From positions 1 through 28,249 of the forward strand of contig JBNPEG010000200.1 in the NCBI GenBank assembly GCA_051117555.1: DNA of 28,249 nucleotides. Direction: 5' to 3'. This DNA is from Elainellaceae cyanobacterium (GTDB lineage: Bacteria > Cyanobacteriota > Cyanobacteriia > CAZCXK01). Made by a program: the position numbers and the translations under genes. Shown one piece after another: positions 8,627-20,700 of this stretch; within the stretch, counting starts at the first letter, position 1, and each line of letters starts with the position of its first letter. The notes under the pieces were generated by a model. The model saw only the letters and a program-made list of their open reading frames with translations, was not told the DNA's origin and did no database searches.

Positions 8627-10063
8627 TTAGGCGTGATTGCGGGGCGGAATCTCTCGTCCGTCGTAAAATCGGCGTTCTAATCGTCCTAACCCAACCCATA
8701 GCCCTGCGGCGATCGCCAAACTTGCTGTGAGTAGACCTGTAATCGTTCCATCCATCAGGCTGATTAAAAGCGGAGATACGATTCCTGCACCGATCCCCAG
8801 AAATGCGGCTCCGCGACGGAGGCGCTGAATGTTATTAAGGGCACCCCGACAGCTTGAACACTGCGCCACATGGGAATGATAGCGATCAAGCAGTTGCGCG
8901 GTTGAGAAAGCAGGCGGCAATGACGCATCGGGAAACGGGTCTGCGTGATAGGTATTCACCCAGGTGCAGAGTTCTGCTACAAACGCGTCAGCAGCGGTGG
9001 GCAGATAAAACGCTTTTGTGAATTGATCACGCCCACCGGATTGCTCAAGGGCGCGTTCTTGCAGATGCAAAAAGATCTGATCGTCTTCTAGGATGGCGTT
9101 TTGGCTGATGTGAGAATACCAGCGGGGCGTACGTTTGATAAAAAATTCGGGAAGCTTTGACGAAAATTTGAACGGAAACCGAGCAAACAGGCGACATTTT
9201 CCTTTACTAATCGGAGTGGCATAAACCACCGTCATCGTTCGGCCAAACTGCTTTGAGGTGAGGTCGTGCCACATGAGAGCAGGCGCGACAAATATCGTGG
9301 TTTGCGACCCTAGCGTGCCCCGTCGCGGCCCCTCTTCCCACCGGCCTCGGAAACCCTGCCGCCCGGACTCAACGACTTCTAAATCAACTGGACTCGCATT
9401 CGCGCGATCGCCCACAGTTTTGTGATGGGTGTAGGGAATATGACTAGAATCAATCACGTTTTCCAATAGGGTCAGCGCATCATAGGGCAAATCGCGCACC
9501 GTATCCAAACAGACCCATTCGTCCGGCGACTCGTCTAGGGGATCAACGATGGGAATGCGCGTTTTCTCAGCATTCGACGGCGTACCCGGATAAACAAATA
9601 GCAAGCCCTGGCAAATTGCAGTGGGCAAGGATGCGACGCAGGCTCGCGACGACGACTCCGCTGCTCCGGTGTCCCGCTGCTGGGGAATTCGCTGACAGTC
9701 TCCCGTTCCCGAAAATGCCCACCCGTGATACGGACATTCTAAAAGCCCGTCCTCTGCGACTCGCCCCTCAGACAGCGGAGCCAGCCGATGCGGGCAGGCA
9801 TCCTCAAAGACGCGCCACGACTGGCTGATTTTATCCCACCAAATCACTAGATTCTGATCGAGTAGCGTGACAGTGGTGAGTCGATTGAGATCAAGATCGC
9901 GCACATAGGCGATCGGATGCCAGACTTCGTACCAGTCGAAGCGATCGGGGTCGGTGCCGCCTGCCGGATGTTCGTCGGCAGAAACGTTGAAACTGGGCGA
10001 TCGCCCAGTTTGATCCAGCGTCAGATCATCGTCAAGAGTGGGGGATGCGGGGTTGTCGAGCAT
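8627..10063 (-). CDS. Rieske [2Fe-2S] oxygenase, pheophorbide a oxygenase (PaO/Lls1) family
   Basis: CPHRLAPLSEG, CPYHGW, ENVIDSSHIPYTH mononuclear Fe site, C-terminal HVAQCSSC and hydrophobic tail. Confidence 0.9.
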   Translation of the reverse strand: MLDNPASPTLDDDLTLDQTGRSPSFNVSADEHPAGGTDPDRFDWYEVWHPIAYVRDLDLNRLTTVTLLDQNLVIWWDKISQSWRVFEDACPHRLAPLSEGRVAEDGLLECPYHGWAFSGTGDCQRIPQQRDTGAAESSSRACVASLPTAICQGLLFVYPGTPSNAEKTRIPIVDPLDESPDEWVCLDTVRDLPYDALTLLENVIDSSHIPYTHHKTVGDRANASPVDLEVVESGRQGFRGRWEEGPRRGTLGSQTTIFVAPALMWHDLTSKQFGRTMTVVYATPISKGKCRLFARFPFKFSSKLPEFFIKRTPRWYSHISQNAILEDDQIFLHLQERALEQSGGRDQFTKAFYLPTAADAFVAELCTWVNTYHADPFPDASLPPAFSTAQLLDRYHSHVAQCSSCRGALNNIQRLRRGAAFLGIGAGIVSPLLISLMDGTITGLLTASLAIAAGLWVGLGRLERRFYDGREIPPRNHA

Positions 10064-10145
10064 GAAAGCCTTTAGGTAAGAAGAATTTGGGTCGTCATAC
10101 CTTATAAATTAATAAATCGACACATTTGTTACAAGTTTCTGCTCA

Positions 10146-11321
10146 TCAAGGCAACAGCTCTCCGCGTTGGAGCATGTCCACAACATCGGTGGTTGAAAAC
10201 GATCGCCGTTTTAGAATCGATAGAGCTTTAATATCTGACCGCAGTTGTTCGTACTGGTCGCGGGTCAGCGGAGTCTGAAGATAGTGCTCAAACAAGTATT
10301 GAAAGTTGCCTGCCCCGCTAAATTTTCCGAACCAGATTTCAGGATGACTATGAGGAAAGATGGAATAACTCTGGCGATCGCGCAGGAGTGAATGGACATG
10401 GATTCCGGTTTCGTGTCGTTGAGACTGCTGAGAATAGGGCGGGTGCGATCGCACTCCTCGCTGATTGAGAAAGTCTGTGACGTGAGCCACTGCATCATAA
10501 TTAATGCCTTCGACCTCCCAGCCAAAGCGCATCCGCAAGCCATTCAGCACCTGCTCTAATGCGACATTTCCCGCTCGCTCGCCGATGCCGCCAAAGGTTC
10601 CTGAGATTCCAGTCGCGCCTGCCTGCACAGCTTGAATCGTGTTTTCTAGAGCCAGTCCCATATCGTTGTGAAAATGAACGGCCAGCGGCGCATTGTGAGT
10701 ACATTCCAAGAGATCGCGAATCCAAATAAAGCTTTTCTCAGGCGTGAGCACTCCCACCGTGTCGCACAGCAAAACCTGGTCGACATAGGGCTGAAATTTG
10801 ATGATGCAGTCGACCAAAAAATCAAAATCAGCCCGGCTGGCATCCTCCGCCGCAAAGCAGATATTTAGCCCCTGCGCCTTGGCATATTGCAGGTGGTCTA
10901 ACACGTTATCCATCATGGTTTGACGCATGCGGTCAATGAGAGACTCAGGAACATTATCATCGACCGTTTTGCCATGATTCGAACTCGCAGCTATCTTTGC
11001 ATCTCGAAGAAACAGCAGGCGATCAGAAACGGCATTGAAGAGAATAATTTGCCCGACCCCACACGCTTTTGACTGGTCAATACAGGCGCGAGTGAGCATG
11101 GTAGACGCAATTACCTGATGCGTTAACCCGGCTGCCACTAAGTGGGTGACCAGTCGTGCTTCTGCGGGGTGTACGGCAGGCATGAGCGCAATTTGGTGAA
11201 CCCCTGTCCTGGCAATTAATTGAGCTAGTTGGTGTTTAGTGTCTCCATCGAAGAACACTCCGACCTGCTGTTCTCCATCTCGCAGAGTTTCATCCGAAAT
11301 AATGAGTTTGATTGTCTCCAT
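10146..11321 (-). CDS. DRE-TIM Claisen-condensing enzyme (2-isopropylmalate/homocitrate synthase-like, no regulatory domain)
   Basis: DETLRDGEQ, CDTVG, HFHNDMGLA, GERAGN, HETGIH; 391 aa. Confidence 0.88.
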   Translation of the reverse strand: METIKLIISDETLRDGEQQVGVFFDGDTKHQLAQLIARTGVHQIALMPAVHPAEARLVTHLVAAGLTHQVIASTMLTRACIDQSKACGVGQIILFNAVSDRLLFLRDAKIAASSNHGKTVDDNVPESLIDRMRQTMMDNVLDHLQYAKAQGLNICFAAEDASRADFDFLVDCIIKFQPYVDQVLLCDTVGVLTPEKSFIWIRDLLECTHNAPLAVHFHNDMGLALENTIQAVQAGATGISGTFGGIGERAGNVALEQVLNGLRMRFGWEVEGINYDAVAHVTDFLNQRGVRSHPPYSQQSQRHETGIHVHSLLRDRQSYSIFPHSHPEIWFGKFSGAGNFQYLFEHYLQTPLTRDQYEQLRSDIKALSILKRRSFSTTDVVDMLQRGELLP

Positions 11322-11701
11322 GATGCTAAGACAAAACCGCCCAAAATCTTAATCCTGGTCTACTGAAGAATGCTGAAACGCACCCAGGAGTCGGCGATCG
11401 CCAACCATGGGCACTGTCATGCTAAACCGTCGTTTCATAGGGTATCGTAAGTCTTGACACCGGTTTTACTCTGGTCAGAAAAAGCTACATAAAATCTACA
11501 TATCGGGTATCGATTGGCGATCGCAACCGCTTTACAGCCGATCAGCGAAACCGCTATCGTACAGCTTCAGAGGAAAGATGATTTGAATCATAGTCGAAAA
11601 CCAAAATCGACAAGGCTAGAATAATGCCGCATGAGTAAATTCGATTCGGATATGCGTCAATCAGGATGGAATTGCTAACGGAGGCGACGGCAACTCGCCC
11701 A

Positions 11702-11729
11702 AGTAAATAGCACGAGTAAATAGCACGAG
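11702..11729. repeat. 13-bp direct repeat upstream of the PKS
   Basis: AGTAAATAGCACG x2 plus AG. Confidence 0.6.
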
Positions 11730-11774
11730 ACGTCTGATATCACCCCAAGTGAATGGTGTTTGAAAGGAGTGAGA

Positions 11775-14700
11775 ATGGGTGATCCCATATTTGAGAATCA
11801 GCCCACCCAACGGGATATCGCACATCAGGAGACAACATCCGCACATCAGCAACCGCATCAGGAGAATCGAGAAACAGCGCTAAAAACCGGGCAGTCAGTC
11901 AGAGTCCATCGGCAGGCGATCGCCCACGGAGAGCCATTTCCTGACCATTTGGATGCGCCAACCACCCTGCCTGAGGTTCTCTATCGGGCTGCTCAGCGTT
12001 CAACAGGGATTCTCTATGTGCATGCGGATGGCACCGAAACCTGTCAGCCCTATTCCGAATTGCTCGACCGCGCAGAACGAATTCTGATGGGCTTGAGAAA
12101 TCGGGGGATTGCGCCTCAGACGCCGGTAATTGTGCAATGTTCTCGCAGTCTAGACGGGGTGAGTGCATTGTGGGGCTGCATCTTGGGGGGATTTGTCCCC
12201 GTGCCGATTGCCCCTGCTCCAGATTTCACCCTCGCCCCCCATAACGCGAATGTGCTGCTGAATGCGCTTCAGCTTCTAGAAAACCCGGTGATATTGACGG
12301 ATGAAACGTTACAGCCTGCGATCGCCACGGTTTTGAGTCGGGCAGCAGATTCGTCAGCCGTGTCGTCCGTGTCGGTGATGACGATTGAGGCATTGAGCCG
12401 AGAGAGTAGTCATGACGGGGGCGATCGCACGCCCCACCCCCGCCAGCCAGACGACCTGGCGCTGCTGCTGCTCACCTCAGGCAGTACGGGCGTGCCGAAG
12501 GGGGTGATGCTCAGCGAGCGGAATGTGCTGTCGAGTGCCTATGGCATGTCGAGCGTGAACGGCTTGACAGAAGCAAGCATCACTCTCAACTGGATGCCGT
12601 TGGAGCATGTCGCCAGCCTGGTGATGTTTCATGTCACAGAAGTGTATTTGGGCTGTCAGCAAATTCACGTCGCTAACGACCTCGTGCTGCAAAATCCGCT
12701 CAGGTGGCTAGATTTGATCGAACAGTATCGAGTCACGGCAACCTGGGCACCCAATTTTGCCTATGGTTTAGTAACTGATCAGGCGGAAACGATTCGTCAG
12801 CGACAGTGGGATCTATCCTCGATTCGGTGGATGGGGAACGGTGCAGAAGCGGTGGTGGGTAAAACAACCCGGCAGTTTCTCGACCTGCTGATTCCTCATG
12901 GGCTAGCAGATGGGACGGTCAGTCCGGGCTATGGCATGTCGGAAACCTGTTCCGGAATTGTCCATTCTCACCAGTTTTCGCTGCAATCCACGACGGACGA
13001 CGATGCGTTTGTCGAAGTAGGCACGCCGATTCCAGGGGTGTCAGTGCGAATTGCAGATGGATCGAATCAGGTGGTTGACGAGGGGGCGATCGGTCGCCTC
13101 CAAGTCAGCGGATTGACGGTAATGACGGGCTACTACAACCGCCCCGATCTGAATGCAGAGGTTTTTACGGCGGATGGCTGGTTTGACACGGGCGACCTGG
13201 GCATGATCCGCGATGGGCGGCTGACGATTACCGGACGGCAGAAAGATGTGATTGTCATCAACGGGGTCAACTATTACAGCCACGAGATTGAGTCTGTGGT
13301 TGAAGAATTAGACGGGGTGGAGGTGTCGTTTACGGCAGCCTGCGGCGTTCGGCAGGCAAATGGTTCGAGCGATCGCCTCGCTATTTTCTTTCATCCCTCC
13401 CAGGCCGAGAATAGTGGAGGAGAATTTGGAGAGGAGGCTGGAGAAAAAAATCTTGCCTCTGTGCTGCGGCTCATCCGTACGCGAGTGATGAGCACCCTCG
13501 GCATCAACCCCGACTATTTAATTCCGGTGGCTCGGCAGGTAATTCCCAAAACGGCGATCGGCAAGATTCAGCGGCAGCAGCTTAGCCAACGATTTGAGCA
13601 GGGAGAATTCGACGAGACGGTGCACCGAGTTCGGGACGTGCTCATGCAGCAAACTCGCCATGCCGCGCCTGGTAGCCATCTAGAACAGCAGATTGCCAAA
13701 ATCTGGCAAGACGTGTTGCAGGTCGAACCTGTCGGCATCCACGATAATTTCTTTGAACTGGGGGGCAATTCTCTGCGGCTGATGCAGGTGCTGCATCGGC
13801 TGCAAACCAGCTTGAATTGCCAACTATCGGTAGTGGATCTGTTCCAATATCCCACGATTGAAACGTTGGCTCGCCTGTGCAAAGCACGTATCGCCCGCCA
13901 TTTCAGCCCAGATTTGAATCCAGCACCTTTAGCATCCAGTCCCCCTCTCCGTCCGCGAACCCGACGAGCCGCTCATTCAGGCGTAGCGGTAATTGGCATG
14001 GCGTGCCGATTTCCGGGGGCAGCTAATTTGGAGGAATTCTGGAAAAACCTGTGCAATGGCGTCGAGTCGATTCAATTCTTCACTGACGACGAACTACGGG
14101 CATCGGGCGTCGATCCGCAAGTACTCAGCCATCCCGACTATGTGAAAGCCAGCCCAATTTTGGACGACATCGAGAGCTTTGATGCAGGCTTCTTCGGCTA
14201 TAGCCCTAAAGAAGCAGAGCTAATCGACCCGCAGCAGCGTCTGTTGCTAGAGTGCGCCTGGGAAAGTCTAGAACATGCTGGATATGACCCGCTTACCTAT
14301 CCAGGAGCCATCGGCTTGTATGCGGGGGCATCGATGAATACCTATTTGCTCAACCAGGTGCTGCCCAATCGCCATCGGCTTGACCCCAATGATTCCTTAG
14401 ACGTGTTGACGCTGAGTTCGATGGGTGGCTTCCAGATGACCGTTGCCAACGACAAAGACTACCTCGCCACCCGCGTTTCTTACAAGCTCAACCTGCGCGG
14501 ACCCAGCGTTAACGTGCAGACGGCATGTTCGACTTCCCTTGTCGCGATTCACATGGCGGCTCAGAGCGTGTTGAATGGCGAATGCGACATGGCGTTGGCT
14601 GGGGGCGTGTCGGTGCATACGCCGCAGACGGTGGGGCATCTGTTTCAAGACGGCATGATTCTTTCTCCTGATGGGCACTGTCGAGCTTTTGATGCCAATG

Positions 14701-17700
14701 CCCAGGGCACTATCTTTGGCAGCGGCGTCGGGCTAGTGGTGCTAAAACCGTTGGATGGGGCGATCGCCGATGGAGACCAGATTTACGCCGTGATCAAAGG
14801 CTCAGCGATGGGCAATGATGGTGGCATGAAGGTGGGCTATTTAGCACCCAGAGCTGAGGGACAAACCGCCGTTGCAGCCGAGGCGATCGCCCAAGCTGGC
14901 ATTGATGCTGACACGATTGCCTACATCGAAGCGCACGGCACGGGCACCGAACTGGGTGACCCTATTGAGATTGCTGGACTGACTCACGCCTTTCGCATGA
15001 GCACGTTAAAGAACCAGTTTTGCGCGATTGGCTCGGTCAAAACCAATGTTGGACATCTAAACATCGCATCCGGGGTGGTGGGCTTTATTAAAACCGTCTT
15101 AGCACTGCACCATCAAAAACTGCCGCCGAGTCTGCACTTTGACGCCCCCAATCCGCAAATTGATTTTGCTAACAGCCCGTTTTTTGTAAACACCACCCTC
15201 ACGGATTGGCAACCCACCGGATATCCGCGACGAGCAGGGGTAAATTCGCTCGGCATCGGCGGGACAAATGTGCATGTGGTGTTGGAGGAGGGGAACAGGC
15301 AGTCAGCCGTCAGCGGTCAGCCGTCAGTAAACGACAGACAGGATGGTTCCCCAGTGCGATCGTCTCGGTCGCGTTCTAATCCAGCGGTAATTGATTCACA
15401 TCAGACGAGGGGACGCGGGCACGATGCCCGCACTGATGTGGATTCTGCGGAACTGCGATCGCCCTTCAATTCCCAGCCGTTAATTACCCAGGAATTCACC
15501 CGTTCTCATCATCTGCTGGCCCTCTCTGCTAAGAGTGAACGGGCGCTGCGAGATTTGGCAACGCGCTATGAGGCATTTCTCCACGCCAATCCAGACATGT
15601 CGTTAGCGAATCTGTGTTTTACCGCCACCATGGGGCGATCGCACTTTGAGGCTCGACTAGCGATCGCGGCTGATTCAGTTACTCAGATGCAGGCACAGCT
15701 TCGAACCTATCTGGATGGGGCTGATGCGATTGGGGTTTCCTCTGCTTCTGCTTCTACTTCTAAATCCACCTCCCAATCTACCTATTTATCCCGTCGTCAA
15801 ATCGCCTTTCTTTTCACCGGGCAAGGCTCCCAATATCTCGGCATGGGGAAGGAGCTTTATGAAACCCAGCCCATCTTTCGCCAAACCCTGGACGATTGTG
15901 ACACCATCCTACGTCCTCTGCTGGGTCAGTCTCTACACGACATTCTCTTCCCCCCTCCCTCCCTCCCTCACCTCCCCACTCCCCCCCTCCTTCACCAAAC
16001 CCAATACACCCAACCCGCAATCTTCGCCGTCGAATATGCCCTCCACCAAGTCTGGACATCGTGGGGCATCGAGCCGTCAATCGTCATGGGGCACAGCATT
16101 GGCGAATATGTGGCAGCCTGTGTTGCGGGGGTATTTAGCCTAGAAGATGGACTGAAGCTGGTGGCAGCGCGGGGTCGGCTGATGCAAGCATTGCCACCAG
16201 GAGGGATGGTAGCCGTGATGGCGGACGAAAACGTAGTGAATGGGGCGATCGCCTCCTATCCTGACCTGTCGATTGCAGCGATCAATGCGCCTCAAAACAT
16301 CGTTATTTCAGGTGCGTCAGATTCTCTGGAAGCCGTCTGTGAAACACTGGCGTCTCAGGATATAAAAGTGATTCCGCTCATCGTCTCCCATGCGTTCCAT
16401 TCCTCGATGATGGAACCGATGCTTGCGGAGTTTAAACAGGTTACACGGGCGATCGCCTTTGATATACCTCGGCTCGATTTGATCTCTAATCTTACGGGAG
16501 AATTGGCGACATCTGATATTGCTACTCCCGACTATTGGTGTGCCCATATCCGGCAGCCTGTGCGGTTTTCGGCGGGTATGGAAACGCTCCGCCAGCTTGG
16601 ATATGAGACGTTTCTCGAATGCGGCGCAAAACCCATTTTGCTCGGCATGGCTCGGCAGTGGGCAGACCAGAGTGAACGAAGTATTTCCCAGCCTCACGCA
16701 GTAACCGGATTAGCGAGTTTGCAGCCCAAACAAGCCGACTGGCAGTCGATGCTTTCTAGCTTGGGCAGATTATACGCGCAAGGCTGGTCGGTCAACTGGC
16801 ATGCAGTGCATCATGGGGAATCGTGTTGCCGAATTCCGGTGCCGACCTATCCCTTTCAGCGGCAGCGCTACTGGCTGGATGTACCGCGCCGATTGGATAG
16901 AAGATTTGACAGTGGATTGAATGGTGGATTGAATGGTGGATTGAATGGTGGATTGAATGGTGGATTGAATGGTGGATTGGATAGCGGTTTGGATAGAAGG
17001 ATTGATGTCTGTGGAGGGCTTGGTAATACCAAGCCCCTACAGATGCCGGATGCTCGACATTCATTATTGGGAAACCGTTTTTCGTCTGCACTCAAAGATG
17101 TTGTATTTGAATCCCATCTCTCCTCGGATGCGCCCGCGTTCCTTACTGATCATCGGGTGTTTCAACGCGCCGTTTTGCCAGGAACTGCCTATTTAGAAAT
17201 GGCGCTATCAGCGGGACACCAGGTGCTGAAAACCAAATCCATTCGCCTCAAGGATGTGGTGATTCAAGCGCCGCTGATTTTGCCTGAGGATGGGGTGAAA
17301 TCCGTTCAAACCATTCTCAGTAACGACTCAATCGGCAACGATTCAGTAGAGGCATCATTTCAGATTTATAGTCTGCTTTGTAATGAGTGTGCTCCTGACG
17401 ACGAAACATGGCAACTGCACTGCTCGGGGGCGATCGCCAAAGCTGAACCTGTTGATTCAAAACCCATTGTTCCAAAACCAATTAATCTAGAGCAGTTGAA
17501 GCAGTATTTCAACGAAAGGCGATCGCCCACTGACCATTATCATACGTGCCAGGCCCGTGGCATTGACTATGGAGCAAGCTTTCAAGGCGTTCATGCACTC
17601 TGGAAAAACGACGGTGAAGCCTTGGGTGAAATTTGTGTTGCACCTACTGACCCATCAACCTATTCCATCCATCCGGCTCTGCTCGATGCGTGCTTTCAAG

Positions 17701-20700
17701 TGGTATTGGCTGCTCTGCCTCAGTCGATGCAGTCGATTACCTATGTACCTGTGAGCATCGACTGTTTTCACCTCTATCATGCTCCGCCAGAGCGGCTATG
17801 GAGCCATGTTCAGCTTCGTTCCATTGAATCCGCTCAGGAATTAGCTCAGGAATTAGTTCAGCCCAGTCTCATCACTGCGGACGTTCGCATCTTTGACGAC
17901 CACGGAGTTTTGATAGCTCAAGCCACCGGACTTTCTGCACAACGAATCAACCGAGAAACGGTTTTGGAGTCTACCTCAGCCGACTGGCAAAATTGGCTAT
18001 ATGAAATCGAATGGCGATCGCTCCCTGCTGTCAAATCTGCAAAGCAACTAGACAAGCAAGAACCGGGGCATTGGCTAATTTTCGCAGATTCGCAAGTCGC
18101 TCCGAGCATCGGTGAGCACCTGATGGCTCATCATCAAATCTGTACAATCGTTACGCCCGCTGAAACCTTTGATTACACCGAACACCACGTCCAGCTTGAT
18201 CCGACGAAGCCTCAGCATTTTGAATCCCTTCTCGCCCGTCAGCCTGCGTCGCTGCGCGGTATGATTCATCTCTGGAGCCTTGATGCCGCACCCATAGGTG
18301 AAAACGATTCCCCTTCCCATACTTTTCGGCATCCTCAGATTGGCTGTCAGAGTGCTCTCTATCTAATTCAAGCTCTAATCAAACAGCCTCATTTATCTGC
18401 ATCTTCTACTCGCGTCTACTTCATCACGCAAGGCACACAATCCGTTCAAGGAGAACCGTTAACTCCCAAAGGAATTGCTCAGTCTCCACTGTGGGGGCTT
18501 GGTAGAGCGATCGCCCGTGAGCATCCAGATCTTCGCTGTCGCCTCATTGACCTCGCCTTAGCCCATGATTCCACCATAGATGCGTCTACGGTTCAACCCC
18601 TCTTTGAAGAACTTTGGGCAGATGTCAGGAGCGGTGATGGGGCAACCCATGCAGAAAATCAAATTGCCCTTCGAGGACAGTCTCGTTACGGAGCACGGCT
18701 CATTCGCAGCAACGCATCTACTCTACTTCCAGCAGAATCTCTTAATCGACAGCTTCACATCTCCACGCGCGGCACGCTGGACAACCTCACCTGGGTATTT
18801 GCGCCTCGTCAGATGCCCCACTCCGATGAAGTAGAAATTCGCGTGCAGGCAACAGGGCTTAACTTCCGAGACGTGCTCAATGCATTGGGGCTGTATCCGG
18901 GCGATGCGGGGGCGCTCGGGCTAGAATGTGCGGGAGAAATTGTTTCGGTTGGGCACGGCGTTCAGCATCTTAATGTGGGTGATCGGGTTATGGCGATCGC
19001 CCCGACTCGTTTCGGCAATTATGTGACTGTCAGTGCAGCGTTAGTGGCTCCGATTCCCGATGGGCTGAGTATCGAGGAAGCGGCAACGATTCCGACTGCA
19101 TTTCTGACGGCAGACTATGCGCTGCGTCGTATGGGAGGCATCAAAGCGGGCGATCGCGTGCTGATCCATGCTGCCGCAGGGGGTGTGGGGCAAGCGGCAG
19201 TTCAAATCGCTCAGCAAGTCGGAGCCGAAATCTTTGCCACCGCATCGCCCAGCAAGTGGGATAGTCTTTATTCCATTGGCATTCATCATGTGATGAATTC
19301 TCGCACCCTTGACTTTACTGACCAGATTTTAGAGGTCACCCAGGGGAAGGGCGTTGATTTGGTTCTGAATTCTCTTTCTGGCGACGTTATTGCCAAGAAT
19401 TTAGACGCATTAACATACGGGGGACACTTCCTTGAAATTGGTAAAGCCGGGATTTGGGAGCCTGAGATCATGGCGATCGCTCGTCCTGATGTGGCCTATC
19501 ACGTCATCGACCTAGTGAATGTGACTCAGCAGCAGCCTGACGTGATTCAGTTGATGCTGCGCCGGTTGGTAGATCAGTTGCAGACCGGGCAATTGCAACC
19601 GCTTCCATACCAAACTTTTTCGGGCGATCGCGTCATTGATGCCTTTCGCTACATGCAGCAAGCCAAACACGTCGGCAAAATCATTGTCCGTAACGCATTG
19701 AATTCCACTGACGCATCATCACCTCCCATTGAGACAGGTGGGCATTCTGCTTCTATCAAGATTCGTGAGCATGGAATCTATGCAATTACGGGCGGGCTGG
19801 GCGCATTGGGCTTGCAGGTCGCCCAGTGGTTAGTTGATCACGGAGCCAGACACCTTCTGCTCATTGGGCGCAACTCTCCATCAATCGAAGCACACTCTAC
19901 CATTGCCCAGCTTCAGCAAAAAGGAGTCTCTGTGTCGGTTGCTCAGGCGGATGTGTCTAACCTTGCAGACCTCACAGAAATTCTGGCCCCCTATCAACAC
20001 CACGGATATAAATCTTCTCCCAAATCCACCCTCCAATCCCCGCCTCCTCTGCTTGGCATCTTTCACCTCGCTGGCCTCGTCGATGATGCCACCCTTCTGC
20101 ATCAAACCTGGCAGCACTTTGAGCGCGTCATGGCTCCCAAAGTTAAAGGCGCATGGAACTTACATGCATTATCTCAAACACTTTCGCTCGACTACTTTGT
20201 GATGTTTTCGTCAGCAGCGTCCTTGCTAGGCTCCGCAGGGCAAGCCAACTATTCGGCAGCCAACGCCTTCTTGGACGCGCTGGCTCACTTTCGTCGTGCG
20301 CAAGGGCTCCCTGGACTCAGCATCAACTGGGGCGCATGGAGTGACATGGGGCTAGCGGTGAAACAGGGCGTGCACGATCGATTTAGTCAAACAGGAATTA
20401 AACTCATCAATCCCCAAGACGGGTTAGATGTGTTGGGGGCTTTGCTTACACAACCAAAACCCCAAGTCGGAGTACTACCTATCGATTGGTTGCAGTGGAT
20501 ACAAGAACACAGACAGTCGTCGTTTCTGGCTGATTTCAATACTGATTTTGGTCGTGAAAGAAAGCATGGATCAACTAAACCCGCATTGTTACAACGGCTT
20601 ACGGCATTGCCAGAGGGCGATCGCCCCGCGTTTCTTTCAGCGCATCTCAAGTCTCAAGTCGCCACGGTGCTAGGACTTAATTCAACCGCGCTCGATGACC

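Noticed and set aside
2546..10063. Tetrapyrrole gene cluster (GUN4 domain, hemL, PaO-like oxygenase)
   Set aside because: The genes are separated by repeats and an unrelated gene; GUN4 fusions and PaO-like Rieske proteins are multi-copy in cyanobacteria, so proximity may be chance
10146..11321. Calling this gene nifV or leuA
   Set aside because: No nif context, no LeuA regulatory domain, divergent sequence
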